This document shows, piece after piece, positions 1-12,324 of a stretch of 64,000 bases of DNA. Position numbers and translations under genes: made by a program. Under the pieces are notes generated by a model. That model was not told where the DNA came from. It searched no databases and worked only from the letters and a program-made list of their open reading frames with translations. Origin of the DNA: Pecten maximus (taxonomy: Eukaryota); assembly GCF_902652985.1 (NCBI RefSeq), contig NC_047020.1, forward strand, positions 36,022,001 through 36,086,000. Direction: 5' to 3'. The stretch's first letter is position 1; every line of letters starts with the position of its first letter.

Positions 1-629
1 ATAACGTTGGCAAACGCCCAAGAGATATCGAATGTCATGTTCACAATACGACTGTCTGATAGTCAATCAGTGGCTTTCAAAGACACCTCGCAATGCGTTA
101 ATGGTATAAAATTGTTCTCATTAGTAATTCAAAATATATATTCTATTTGTTCGTTAACTTTATCTAGTCGGCATTTAGCGATGATAGGCTTTCTTGACTA
201 GGGGGAATATCATTGTTTTGTTTCGAACAGATATAAGCAATGTCGTGATGGCTTTTGAACAGAGCCTTGTTATGCGAATGGCGTATCAAGTTTCCCCAAT
301 TGATTTGATAATAGTTATAATATTCTGATAAGTCCTTCTTAATCATTATATACTGTTTCCGAGCTGTCAGCAGAAACTCACAGACACCTCAAGTGGTTGA
401 TTATGTCTATGTGATGATCCCAGCACTGTATTTTGCCATAATGACGGTCACATGACCCCTGCAGTCTGTCGTGTGTACCCTAGGGATGCATGGCTTTTGT
501 TCTTTGCATACCTTAGGTGCCTAGGGGGTCTGCCGTCTCCCAAAACAATCAACGAGGTCTTTTAGTACTTCAATGAGCGTCTTCATGGTAATTAGTTGCA
601 AGGACATTTGCTTGAACTGCGGAGGTTTC

Positions 630-654
630 GTTTTGTTTTGTTTTGTTTTGTTTT
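630..654. repeat. (TTTTG)n microsatellite
   Basis: Directly visible pentamer run. Confidence 0.85.
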
Positions 655-802
655 ATAGTAACGTGTCTGCATATTGTTCCTAGATTGTGTGCATATGATG
701 TTCCTCACTGACCACATATAGCCAAATTCACTTGACTGACCTTGAACGAATGTGAAAGTAGAGAGTATAAGATCGCCTTATTTTATCACACTAGCAGAAA
801 TT

Positions 803-866
803 GCCCTTTAGCCTAGTGGTAGGATGTTTGCCTTTTTGGAGCGAAAGGTCGCTAGTTCGAGCCCCC
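803..866 (+). mobile_element. tRNA-like SINE head or tRNA pseudogene (Pro-like)
   Basis: A-box-like TAGCCTAGTGG and B-box-like GTTCGAGCC; no complete acceptor stem. Confidence 0.45.
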
Positions 867-1023
867 TCTTACATGAATAACTCTTTGTCTTTCGTCGCAC
901 TGCCGCGCCGTCGCACTGTCCAGTTGACGTATACATTTTGTCGTAATGACGCAATATCGCATTTGCAATGCGACAACGCGAAATGGTCGAAATAAGCCAT
1001 CATGTTTAACATCCAAATTAAAA

Positions 1024-1125
1024 TTTATAGTGTTATATCACTGAAATGACCGCTTTATAGTGCTACATGTATATCACTGAACTAGCCGCTTTAGAGTGCT
1101 GTGTTACTGAAATGACCAGTTCATA
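1024..1125 (-). repeat. About 3 copies of the 30-bp minisatellite also found at 3978-4245 (opposite orientation)
   Basis: CTTTATAGTGCTATATCACTGAAATGACCG-type units; one carries a CATGTA insertion. Confidence 0.8.
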
Positions 1126-1489
1126 GTCGATCAAACAAACAAATATTGAAATGGAAATTTAAAAAAATGGTCGTTTTAGATTGTGTTCACTGAACCAGTG
1201 ATACAGTGTGTGTGTGCTCAGCATTATTTTATGTTTTTCCCCAGCGCCATTGGTATTGGCGAAAAAATTTGTACAGCAAATATTTTGATATGACTGTAAA
1301 CGGAAACACTCGTGATTAATGTGATAACCTTCTTATTCTCTGTCATAGAAATGGCGCATGTAACTGGGCCTCATGTAAACGATCAATGACTTATAATGAA
1401 CAATCATCCAAAAGCACGGAATTACCCAATGGAGACAAATGCTATACTGAAAAAATTCAAAATCAAGAGCGAGATTCTATATCAACACG

Positions 1490-1640
1490 TTTGTTTGCTT
1501 GCTGGGTCTTTCAGACATTGAACGTCCAACGCCATTTTCAGGCGGGAATGTCTCGTAGTAGTTGGTGGCTACTACACTGAGCGGCATACAGGAAACTCCT
1601 TGTGTGCTATCGAGAGCAACTGGGGTAACGTTTCTTGTCG
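1490..1640 (-). mobile_element. CORE-type SINE 3' fragment
   Basis: GTAGTAGTTGGTGGCTACTACACTG matches the reverse complement of the 25298 element; GTTT-type tail. Confidence 0.65.
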
Positions 1641-2802
1641 TCAAAGGTCACGATACGTAATAGGATGGTCCATAATCTTATCTTCGAATAAAGTCATTAA
1701 AATGGATAAATGGTTCTCGAGACAATAATGGTCCGTTTTATAATTTCTGCGAAATGTACCTTTAATTTTAGTACAAAAATAATTAAAATTTAAGCCATCA
1801 AAAAACATCATTTATAAATGTACTAATACGTTTTCAAAGTAAGATAATCTTTGTGATAACTATGATATACAAAAGATATCAGTTTGTCTTTGATAACATT
1901 GTCCAGGTTGTGTCACAGAGGCTGTTGGTGACGTATGTGCGGCTCCAGTGGCTATACGTATCTCTGTGATAGTAGACATACTGGCTTTAATCAACAAAAT
2001 GCAGGTGACCCTGGTCGCTCACACACCGTGTTATATAACATACCTGCCGTTCCTGGACATCTGATCATGGCCACCTGTCTTGCTTGGCGGGTGTGATCGC
2101 GACAACAGCGATATATTCTGGCTTATCTGCTGAAATATATTCACCATTTAAGCTTGGTTATACGACCATGAAATATGAAACAAAAATATGTAAAATAATA
2201 AATAGAAAATTATGAATAAAATTTAAGATATTTATCACATATGTCATTTTAAGCGTTCTCCCTTGCCTGCGTCATAGGGAAAATTCTGTTTAATGTGGAT
2301 TGAAATTTAAATTCGAGACGTGCGAAATTGACATCTGAAATGAAGTTGACAACACTATATACATTTCGTTTAAGTCGCATAAATGAATACCTATCTTTGA
2401 AACCAATACGATATAACAGGGCCAATCGGCTGTTAGAGTCAAAGCTAGTCTGATCTATATTTGGACAACATTTTATTGAACTAGGTATGTGTTGATTGAA
2501 CAAAATGTGAGCACAACAGCCGATGTACTCCTAGCGGTGTTATGTTAAGCTCCCAAGGAGGCGATATTTTAGTCAACAAGAAATAAAACAGACGTATTAA
2601 TATTTGGTGTCCTTCAAGTCGAGACGAATGTACTTATAGTCTACCAACTCCGAGAGTACTATAGCACATCGTAAGAACCGCTATATCTCAGATTTCAAAC
2701 ATGGCTAGCAATGAAAAACAGACACCACAGGGACAGATGGATGCAACTGCTGGCAATCAACATTGGAGAGAGGGTTCATCATCAATTTCGCTTATTATAA
2801 TA

Positions 2803-3015
2803 TACCTGTTAATGTGGTCCGCCAACTATTTTTTGTAGACAAGCCTGTCTATAACGGCCATTCAACGGACAAGAAAAATGTCGTTATAGGCAGGTGTCCT
2901 ATATATTAATGCACGGAGTTCATATTTAATCAATTTTACTTCGCTGAGGATAAGAAAACGTGGCCTTTATTTACAGGTTTTTGGTATTTGCAGGTGGCAT
3001 TTAGGGCAAGTTACA
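2803..3015. mobile_element. Degenerate pogo/Tigger-like MITE
   Basis: Internal inverted motifs CCTGTCTATAACGGCCA / TGGCCTTTATTTACAGG and GTTATAGGCAGG. Confidence 0.45.
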
Positions 3016-3388
3016 CAATAAGTAGATGAAACGGTATTGGTGATTTGTATAAATGAAATTATTAATGATGCACAAAGCCCCGTCATAGATTTATGTTAAT
3101 TTGTCGACAGGAAATTACAGTTGAAAAAATATGACATATTTAATAAAATTAATAATTAATTATTGTATAATTTAAGACATTTATTTATAAACAAATCACA
3201 TGTTTACGTGTTGGTATGACTGTACTGTCTTTTATATTTTCTTTCTTCTGCACGCTGTATAACTTCAAATACTAATGTAATGAGGCTTTTGCGGGTTACT
3301 CTAAGATGTTTTGGTGTCCTCCATAACTCTGCATCACTTTTGGTCAAAGAGTTGAGCATTGACCTACGTTAATTGATACTTAACGATT

Positions 3389-3576
3389 CCGTCCTGAATC
3401 TTAAGGACTCACACACCTAAATCAGCCAATCAGTGACCCCGCCAGTAATCTTAAAGTCTCACACACCTAAATCAGCGATCCCGTCCTGAATCTTAAGGAC
3501 TCACACACCTAAATCAGCCATTCAGCGATCTCGTCCTGAATCTTAAGGTCTCACACACCTAAATCAGCCAATCAGC
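3389..3576. repeat. ~50-bp minisatellite, 4 copies
   Basis: Unit GTCCTGAATCTTAAGGACTCACACACCTAAATCAGCCAATCAG... Confidence 0.9.
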
Positions 3577-3977
3577 AAGTGTTTTGTCTGATTGTAGTTC
3601 CTGTCGAAAACGGGTTAGTCACTGAGCCAAAGAGGTATTTTAATCGAGGACAGATGACAAATTTTTTTATGAAAGAACACGTATCTAAATTTTGAAAAAA
3701 AAATACAGTTTTGATAGATTTCCATGCCTTTGTGCGGATTAACACAGGGACAGAATTCTGGGGTCATTTCTGGGTTTTTTTCATCGGTTCTGCTTTTAAA
3801 CTTCCGGTTGTCAACTTCTAGAGGCTGTGACACTGAAGTATGCCATTTAACCCGTCAAAAAGAATCAAATGAAGCAAATGATTTAGTTATGTGAGCCCTT
3901 TACGATGGAAAGGGGTACTCTAGGAAGTATTCCAGTGTAAGTATAATGGACCAGAAAAGCTTTTCCTTGGACATGGC

Positions 3978-4245
3978 ATTTCAGTGACATACACTATAAA
4001 GTGGTCATTTCAGTAACATAGCACTCTAAAGCGGCTATTTCAGTGATATAGCACTATTAAGCGGTCATTTCAGTGATACAACTTTATAAAGCGGTTATTT
4101 CAGTGATCAAGCTCTGTAAAGCGGTCATTTCAGTGATACAACACTATAAAGCGGTCATTTCAGTGATACAACACTATAAAGTGGTCATTTCATTGATATC
4201 GCACTCTAAAGCGGCTATGTCAGTGGCAGTGATATAGCTTTATAA
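3978..4245 (+). repeat. 30-bp minisatellite, about 8-9 copies, related to a Meta-type SINE segment
   Basis: Unit ATTTCAGTGATACAACACTATAAAGCGGTC. Confidence 0.9.
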
Positions 4246-5364
4246 ATAGGCGATTTATTAGACCTCATTCAAGAAAGCACAGTAATTGTCATTGGAGTTA
4301 AAAGAATGGCAACTATCATTTCAAGATTAGAAATATCTTACAATCGACTTCAAATTCAACTAAGTTTTGCTGCTTCAGTTCCTGCAACGTTCAATATCGT
4401 CCCAACAAACATATGAGCCTTCGGCGAGAGACAAATAGGCGTGAGAAGCTTCCGTTCTACATCCAAACCCAACCCTTGTTCGCTTGTTGCACAAAATTAA
4501 AATACTATAAACTTTTTATAGCATTGTCCTGAAAAAAAGTAATTATTTCCAACTTATTAAGGGCATCAACTGTCATAAAATGTGTCATTAAGTCTCTTAC
4601 ACATCCGCTGGAATTGAAATTATTTTTGTATTAAAATACACTTTTAATTTTTTCCCGTTTTTATATTTTCGTTTTAGTTGCTCTAGCGAAACATCCAACA
4701 TCGACCTTAGTCCTACAAGGTCGATACAATCGGACATTTAATAATTACTTTGTTTTCAGTACATTTGTTTGCTGTTACAGCTTAAGGGCTTATCTCGACA
4801 GAATGATTTGATAAATACCACTTAATCAAATCATCCTTCTTTTTCTCTATCAATAATATCGAGATTTTAATGCATTGATCTACAACACTTAACAGACATT
4901 TTGCATTCAACTGACAGAATAAAGTAGTTTTGTTATAATTCATTATGATTGATTTTCCCTTATTTCATCGCAGAATGCGGCTTTCTGATTGGTTGAGGTT
5001 TTTTTTCACATATCCGAAAATGGCGCGAAAAATGTCACAATACCGCCATTGACGTTGCGCATTGATTTGTGAAAAAGAATCCCTTATAAGATCACTTAAA
5101 TTGTATATAAAACACGTTTTAATTCTGAAAAACAATTCAAAACATTAATCATAAGCGTTGATGTCAATTATTTTCTAGTTTCATAGATGCATAAACAAAT
5201 TTTGTTTGCATACACACAGTTTGCAAACAAAATGGTTTTCATACCCCATTGGAACTAAAAAAAATTACAATCGTCGTTACAATGTATATATGGAGGAGGC
5301 GCGTTCGTAATGTATAAAACAGTACTTTGCTGTTACATGCTGACGATAAGATATGCTTTATTGA

Positions 5365-6153
5365 AATTGACACTGACGTAGGTCCGGGATAGTCTATAGC
5401 CCCTGTGCGTCGTCCATCATGCGTCATTCGCCGTGGGCCGTGCGTCGTCCATCATGCGTCATTCGCCGTGGGCCGTGCGTCGTCCATCATGCGTCATTCG
5501 CCGTGGGCCGAGCTTCGTCCACCATGCGTCATTCGCCGTGGGCCGAGCGTCGTTCATCATGCGTCATTTGCCGTGGGCCGTGTGTCGTTCATCATGCGTC
5601 ATTCGCCGTGGGCCGAGCGTCGTCCACTATGCGTCATTCGCCGTGGGCCGAGCGTCGTCCATCATGCGTCATTCGCTGTGGGCCGAGCGTCGTCTACAAT
5701 GCTCCATGGGCAGTGCGTCGTGCGTCTTCAGCGATGCGCCATGCGTCGTGCCTTTGAAGCTTCTTCTCAAGTTCCACTGGTGGAAAACTGCTGTAATTTG
5801 CCTGAAATGATCCGAAATGGTCCGGAACAAGTATTGTTACTTTTGAGTGGGTCCTAAATCCGAAATGGTGGCAATGGAAGCCATCTTGAAAAACTCATTT
5901 TAAGCATCCTTTCAAGTCCCACCATTAGTATTCAGCTCAATGCTAGAAATGATTCCGCGCCTGGCCATGGAAATCTTCTCCAGTTCCATTGATAGGGCTT
6001 GGTTGAATCTTGCGAGTAATGATCCTATGATGGTCTTGATCAAATGTTGTTACATTTCAAACTTTTCCCTATTTCCACATGGAATCCCATTTGTTCTCAA
6101 TATACTACACTATTACTAGGTTCTTTATAGTCCGGTGATCCTGGGCCTCTTGT
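5365..6153 (+). mobile_element. HINE-like (Helentron-associated) non-autonomous element with internal 35-bp array
   Basis: Core blocks (CTTCTTCTCAAGTTCCACTG...AAATGATCC...GCCATCTTG) shared with 9085-9755 and 23944-24432; 3' end GGGCCTCTTGTT. Confidence 0.65.
5405..5700 (+). repeat. 35-bp GC-rich minisatellite, about 8.5 copies
   Basis: Unit GTGCGTCGTCCATCATGCGTCATTCGCCGTGGGCC; explains the three overlapping repetitive ORFs. Confidence 0.95.
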
Positions 6154-6204
6154 TTTCTTTGTATGTTGACAATGTGGTATATTTTCCCCACGCTACGGTA
6201 TATA

Positions 6205-6990
6205 TTATCTCACATGCCCGTATGTGAGTGAGCTCATGCCGTAATGCGGCGTCCGTCGTCCGTCGTCTGTCTGTCCGCAAGCGTAAACTTATCCGCTTAA
6301 ACAACTTCTTCTAAATAACCAAGAACCCCGTGTACTTGTCCTGTGACATGCTAGGGTGAAGTTTGTTGAAATGAACTACCTTGGCCTATATTCAAGGTCA
6401 TAGGGGTCAAATACGCGAAAATATTCCAATGACTTCTTTTTGATAGCTAAGAGGTTCAGGTACTTGATATTCTGTCAATAACATACTGGGAGGAAGGGCT
6501 ACCGAGTTTGTTCAAACGAATGACCTTGACTTACATTCAAGATCATTGGGGTCAATGATGGGTATATTTTTGTTATGGTTATTGAGCAGAATTCGTTCAA
6601 AGATTTTATAACGAATTCTGCTCAATAACCAGGAGCTGAATGGACTTGATATTACGCATGAAGCATGCTGGGGTGAAGGGCTAGAAAGTTTGTTCAAATT
6701 ACCTTGACAAACTGTTCCGTAAGGTCAAGTCTGAAATAATCTTTTCAGGAAAAGAAGTCGTCTTGTCATGATACTGGGAGAGATCAATGATGAAATGAAG
6801 GACCACAAAATCTTTTTTCAAACCTATGACCTTGACATACTTCCAATGTCAAAATAGTGGAATTCTTAGTAACATCAAGACTAGGGTAAATGATATAGAG
6901 CGAGTAGAGATGGTGGTTTTAAAATCAACAGAAGAGCCTAAACTTTCTTGTAGCATCGGTAACAATACAGGCCCAATTGATCTCTTGTTT
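6205..6990 (+). mobile_element. Second HINE-like element (different family)
   Basis: 5' TTATCTCAC...GTGAGC, (CGTC/CTGT)n microsatellite at about 6250-6277, internal TGACCTTGAC core repeats, 3' ATACAGGCCC...CTCTTGTT. Confidence 0.65.
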
Positions 6991-6996
6991 TCCATT

Positions 6997-7985
6997 GTAT
7001 TGACGCTGTGGCATAAATTATCATTATGTGGACGCTGTGGTATATTTTGTCCTTGTGTGTTGACGCTGTGGTATATTTTGTCCTTGTGTGTTGACGCTGT
7101 GGTATATTTTGTCCTTGTGTGTTGACGCTGTAGTATATTTTGTCCTTGTGTGTTGACGCTGTGGTATATTTTGTCGTTGTGTGTTGACGCTGTGGTATAT
7201 TTTGTCGTTGTGTGTTGACGCTGTGGTATATTTCGTCCTTGTGTGTTGACGCTGTGGTATATTTCGTCCTTGTATGTTGACACTGTGGTATATTTTGTCG
7301 TTGTGTGTTGACGCTGTGGTATATTTCGTCCTTGTGTGTTGACGCTGTGGTATATTTCGTCCTTGTGTGTTGACACTGTGGTGTATTTTGTCGTTGTGTG
7401 TTGACGTTGTGGTATATTTTTGTCCTTGTGTGTTGACGTTGAAGTATATTTCGTCCTTGTGTGTTGACGTTGAGGTATATTTTGTCCTTGTGTGTTGACG
7501 CTGTGGTATATTTTGTCGTTGTGTTTTGACGCTGTGGTAGATTTTTGTCCTTGTGTGTTGACTTTCTGGTATATTTTGTCGTTGTGTGTTGACTCTGTGG
7601 TATATTTCGTCCTTGTGTATTGACGCTGTGGTATATTTCGTCCTTGTGTGTTGACGTTGTGGTATATTTTGTCGTTGTGTATTGACGTTGTGGTATATTT
7701 TCGTCCTTGTGTGTTGACGTTGTGGTATATTTTGTCGTTGTGTGTTGACACTGTGGTATATTTTGTCGTTGTGTGTTGACGCTGTGGTATATTTTCGTCC
7801 TTGTGTGTTGACACTGTGGTATATTTCGTCGTTGTGTGTTGACGCTGTGGTATATTTTGTCGTTGTGTGTTGACACTGTGGTATATTTTGTCGTTGTGTG
7901 TTGACACTGTGGTATATTTTGTCGTTGTGTGTTGACACTGTGGTATATTTCGTCGTTGTGTGTCGACGTTGAGGTATATTTTCTC
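6997..7985. repeat. 31-bp minisatellite, about 32 copies
   Basis: Unit TGTTGACGCTGTGGTATATTTTGTCCTTGTG; generates the 304-352 aa minus-strand ORFs in all three frames. Confidence 0.97.
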
Positions 7986-9084
7986 ATTGCCGTTGTATGT
8001 TACTGTAACAAGGGCGTCTGGCTTTGCTGTTACATGTGTTTAGTAGAGTACAAAGTATCTGTTTAGATTAATACGTAAACAAATAGGAAGAACTTTTAGT
8101 ACACACCATCAGCACTCCGCTAACTTGCCCTTGATGTTACCTAATACACACGGAAACCCACATAGCAAGCTTGTTTCTTTAAAACACATTCAATAAATAT
8201 ATATTTTCAAACACTTCATGCAGAAATTTTAACATATTTCCATGTGTTATTTCATTCTGAATATTTTGAATCCCATAATACGTATATTTTGATTTAATTT
8301 TTTTTATATCAAAAGAATATATTTGATTCAAATTTCACCTGTCCGGTTTATTAAGCTATGAAGATTAGGACCGACTAGGCCATCGCTACCTTACATTAAA
8401 GCAAAGATAAATAACGATTCACGAATTTAACACCACACCAGTGCCAAGCATTTCACTAGGGGCCACGTTAGGGATTGTACCAGGTTTACGACAACAGTTC
8501 CGGTTTGTAATCGAGTTCCGCTTTACGTTAGCCGAGAGCGTACAGTGCGGTCATTAACAAAATGAAAAACAACCGAGTCATGCAAGTGCGGAATTTCATA
8601 TCAGAAAATTAACCGGAGGCTAAAAAATATGTATCAAAATCATGGAACGACACTTGAAAACACTTATGAGAGATTTTATCATTGTTAATGTTTTTTCTCT
8701 TTCTTTTTTTTTATCTGAGCGAATTGTTTACAAACAAAAACACATTAACAGAAAGAAATGTATATATAATGAACTTTCAATATTTGTTTGAAATATATTA
8801 CGCGTTGTATTTCCACGATTTAGGTTTCACCCCTTACTTCTACGGTAAATATGATGAGAGCGAGCTAAATAAAGAGGTCCATGGGGCTGAACGGTCATCC
8901 GTACTATAGTGTAGTACACGTACTCAGTAGCAATATAAAGGTACTGAGAACTATTGTGTAATTTTGTATGTTTTCTGGAAAAATAACAACACATGAACAG
9001 GACTATCATTTATATAAGGTTTCATCTAACGAAGTTTAAAACGTTTCTTTACAAAAACTATTATTGCGCAATGATGTTAAAAAA

Positions 9085-9755
9085 ATGACCGCCATAGCAT
9101 CCATGTTGGAATTTAGGCCATTTCATCAGAACTATCTCAGGATCATTCCTGGTAGATTTCAATTAAACCCCACAGGTGGAACTGGAGAAGGTGTTTTTTG
9201 TGACTTTTGGATTTAGAATCGACCGGCAATTAACAACACCTGATCAGAGATTTCTCAGGGTTAGTCCTGGTAAGTTTCAGCTAAATCTTACAGGTGGACC
9301 TGGAGAAGAAATTGAACATGTGTTGTTCAAACTGGCGGTCTTGGCAGCCATCTTGGATTTCAAAACGACCTGAAAATGACAGCACTTGGTCAGGACCATC
9401 TCAGGATCTTTTCAGACAAGTTCGAGCTGAATCACATCAGCAGAAATCAAGAAGTTTAAAATTGATAGCGTTTAGGAAAGACATGGATTTCGCAGTCATG
9501 TAACAACATGGCCGCTATGGCTACCATGTTGAAGTTTAAGAAAGCAAAAAAAAAAAAAATAATAACCACTCTTTGTTGACACTCTTTCCTTAAAATGCCC
9601 AACATTTTTAGCTCAATGGCTCCAGTGGAACTAGAGAAGAGGCTTGACTTTTTTTTTTCAAGGCGGCCATCTTGGAATTTGGACGGACCCGGAAAATAAC
9701 AACACTAGGACGATCTCAGAATCATTCAACTTAAGTTTGAGTGAAAACTTAATGA
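9085..9755 (-). mobile_element. HINE-like core-repeat fragment (same family as 5365 and 23944)
   Basis: GGCAGCCATCTTGGATTT and GGTCAGGACCATCTCAGGATC are reverse complements of motifs at 23944-24340. Confidence 0.7.
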
Positions 9756-10280
9756 TAGAAACTCTTTTGTTGTCCGGGTGTGACACACGTATTATGATGA
9801 CCTAACAAACATCTTGTTTTAGCAACGAATTCATATGAAGTTTCCCTCCAATTCAATGTCTGTATATTTATTGACAACTTGTTTTTTTTCTGGGTATATG
9901 CACAGACAATTTACATAATGCATGTATGGGTCACGAACAATAGATATGTATTCGTTTAAAATCACTGAGACCATTTAAATAACTAGATTCAATAAAATCG
10001 TTCTGTGTCATAAATATTAATTAAACTGCACTTAAAATCCATTAACCTGAAAATTTTATGTTTTTAAAAGTGGGAAAATACCCCAATCTGCATTGAATTT
10101 TGCCGATAGTGGGGTATTTGTTGTCAATGAAAATCTACTTCGCGCAATGTATTTCGCCGGGAGTGGGAAGTTTATTGTCAATTGTTTATTGTTTTTTTTT
10201 TGTTTTTTTTAAATATTGCACACTCCGTCTTTCGCCGGAATGGGAGCTTCTTGTAGCCTCCACGCCAACCGTATTACGCT

Positions 10281-10708
10281 CTGTTAGAATACTGCATCCC
10301 GGCGTTTTTGCGACCTGTCAAAATTCTACATTTCGGCCTTTTTCGTCCAGCTGTTAGCATACTGCATTCCGCCCTTATTGTGTCCTGTTAAAATACTGCA
10401 TTCCGCCCTGATTGTGTCCTGTTAAAATACTGCATTCCGCCCTTATTGTGCCCTGTTAAAATACTGCATTTCGCCCTTATTTCGCCTTGTTAGAATACTA
10501 CATTTCGCCCTTATTGTGTCCTGTTAAAATACTACATTCCGCCCTTATTGTGTCCTGTTAAAATACTGCATTCCGCCCTTATTGTGTCCTGTTAAAATAC
10601 TACATTTCGCCCTTATTGTGTCCTGTTAAAATACTACATTCCGCCCTTATTTCGCCTTGTTAGAATACTACATTCCGCCCTTATTTCGCCTTGTTAGAAT
10701 ACTGCATC
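10281..10708. repeat. 34-bp minisatellite, about 12 copies
   Basis: Unit AAAATACTGCATTCCGCCCTTATTGTGTCCTGTT. Confidence 0.95.
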
Positions 10709-10783
10709 CAGCAATCAAATATAGTGGATGTATATTGTTTTCGTTTAATTCGTAAATGCCCTGCAACAACTTTCTTCTTCCTA

Positions 10784-11003
10784 GGGGCCGCGGTGGCCGA
10801 GTGGTTAAGGTGTCCCGACACTTTATCACTAGCCCTCCACTTCTGGGTTGCGAGTTCGATACCTACATGGGGCAGTTGCCAGGTACTGAATGTAGGCCGG
10901 TGGTTTTTCTCCGGGTACTCCGGCTTTCCTCCACCTCCAAAACCTGGCACGTCCTTAAATGACCCTGGCTGTTAATAGGACGTTAAACAAAAACGAAACA
11001 AAA
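10784..11003 (+). mobile_element. Full-length V-domain tRNA SINE (family 1) with 11-bp TSD
   Basis: A box GGTGGCCGAGTGG, B box GTTCGATACC, V-like domain GGTTTTTCTCCGGGTACTCCGGCTTTCCTCC, tail GGACGTTAAAC plus A/C run; TCTTCTTCCTA at 10773-10783 and 11004-11014. Confidence 0.9.
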
Positions 11004-11059
11004 TCTTCTTCCTAATATCTTCCTTGACACTGCTTCACTTTCAGTCCCTGTCTGGAATA

Positions 11060-11295
11060 CATTGGGTTCTATCCCCTGGTAGACAAACCAGAGTCTCTAA
11101 AAGTGGTAGTTTCTACTCCTGTCTAGCATTTTAGTCGTAGAACGACTGGTTCGCCTGTTGTCAGTACAAAATGACCGGGGTGAGGACTTGGTGTCTTTGA
11201 AGTATGCACGAACTGCAACCTTCCAAAAACACAACACACTAAACACACGCATGCATCTTGACCCTAGCTGTTCATGGAACGTTAGATAAGAACCT
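11060..11295 (+). mobile_element. Degenerate Meta-type SINE
   Basis: ACCAGAGTCTCTAAAAGTGGTAG...GACTGGTTCGCCTGTTGTCAGTACAAAATGACCGG; tail TGACCCTAGCTGTTCATGGAACGTTA. Confidence 0.6.
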
Positions 11296-12011
11296 AACTA
11301 GTAGCGAAAATACGGTTTATAATTCTCGGATATTTCATTCGAGAAATGATAAATTATTGCACTAAGCATGTACATGTATATAATTATATATGATATATAT
11401 TTATATTTCTCGTGAAATGATGACTTAACAAAAATATTGAGCTTATGATAGTGTAGAAATTCTCTGTTATGTTTTCTTTTCTTTTTACCTTTTAAGCATG
11501 ATCGATGGGCCGCCCGATGAATTACTAGATCTTTAACATCGAAAAGCTGAACACCTGTATAATACACGATATATGCTAATGTATTTAAATACAAAATCAC
11601 TGAGGTAGTTATATTTTCCTATAGCGTCAGATAATTAGCCACTTTAAACTGGAAACTCCGTTTATTCAAAATAAATTTTATATAAGTAATCGGTATGCAA
11701 GCTGCAACAAGTCCAAGACAAGGAAGCTTAAGTATGGTATATATATATTTATAGTATATAGGTCGTCTGCCTACCTGTGTTTAGTCATTCAAAAACCCAG
11801 GTACATCGAGTTGAAATTTATACCGCCCAGTGCGAAATATTTCTTAATAATATATTTAAAATTAAATTAGAATTGCTGGTTGATATAACCAGTGTATATC
11901 GTTACTGCAAATCAGGATCGCAATTCATGTTAAGGGAGAATACATAAGTTGAAATAATGTGTGCCCAATCCTTCAGTAATTATTCTGCAATAACATATGT
12001 TTTAACTAATT

Positions 12012-12302
12012 GTGTATAATCACTTAGATTTCGCGAATACTTTTTTCGCAAACTAACCTCTTAAGACATGTTCGCGAATACATAATTTTGCTGATCTAGA
12101 AATGATTTTAAATTCGCGAATGATGAGCTTTAAGAGTCATAGACTATGCAAGGCTCCTATATATAGGTAACTAATAGCTTGGCCGCTATCCAGAAGTGTT
12201 ATTTTCGTACTAATAATCGCGAAGGATTTTAATTCGCGATTGACTTTCATTGCGTGTTAATGCGAAAATAAATCCCACGAAAATATAAGTGATTTACAGT
12301 AG
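12012..12302. mobile_element. MITE with TIR AATCACTTA(G/T)ATTTCGCG; partial copy at 38476-38562
   Basis: Inverted termini and internal TTCGCGAA motifs; right end GATTTACAGTA. Confidence 0.7.
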
Positions 12303-12324
12303 TAAGCCCGATTTTTATGAATAG

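Noticed and set aside
5405-5857. Three overlapping Arg/Ser-rich ORFs
   Set aside because: Translations of a 35-bp tandem repeat inside a transposon.
6849-7987. Three long (304-352 aa) Thr/Gln/His-rich ORFs
   Set aside because: They are the three reading frames of a 31-bp satellite whose period is not a multiple of 3; no coding context.
10784-10865. tRNA gene (also 803-866, 44583-44650)
   Set aside because: A and B boxes are present but no closed cloverleaf; the 10784 and 44583 heads continue into SINE bodies, and the 10784 copy has a TSD.
10681-10975. ORFs of the MPGFGGGGKPEYPEK type (also 13859, 23704)
   Set aside because: Incidental translations of V-SINE copies.
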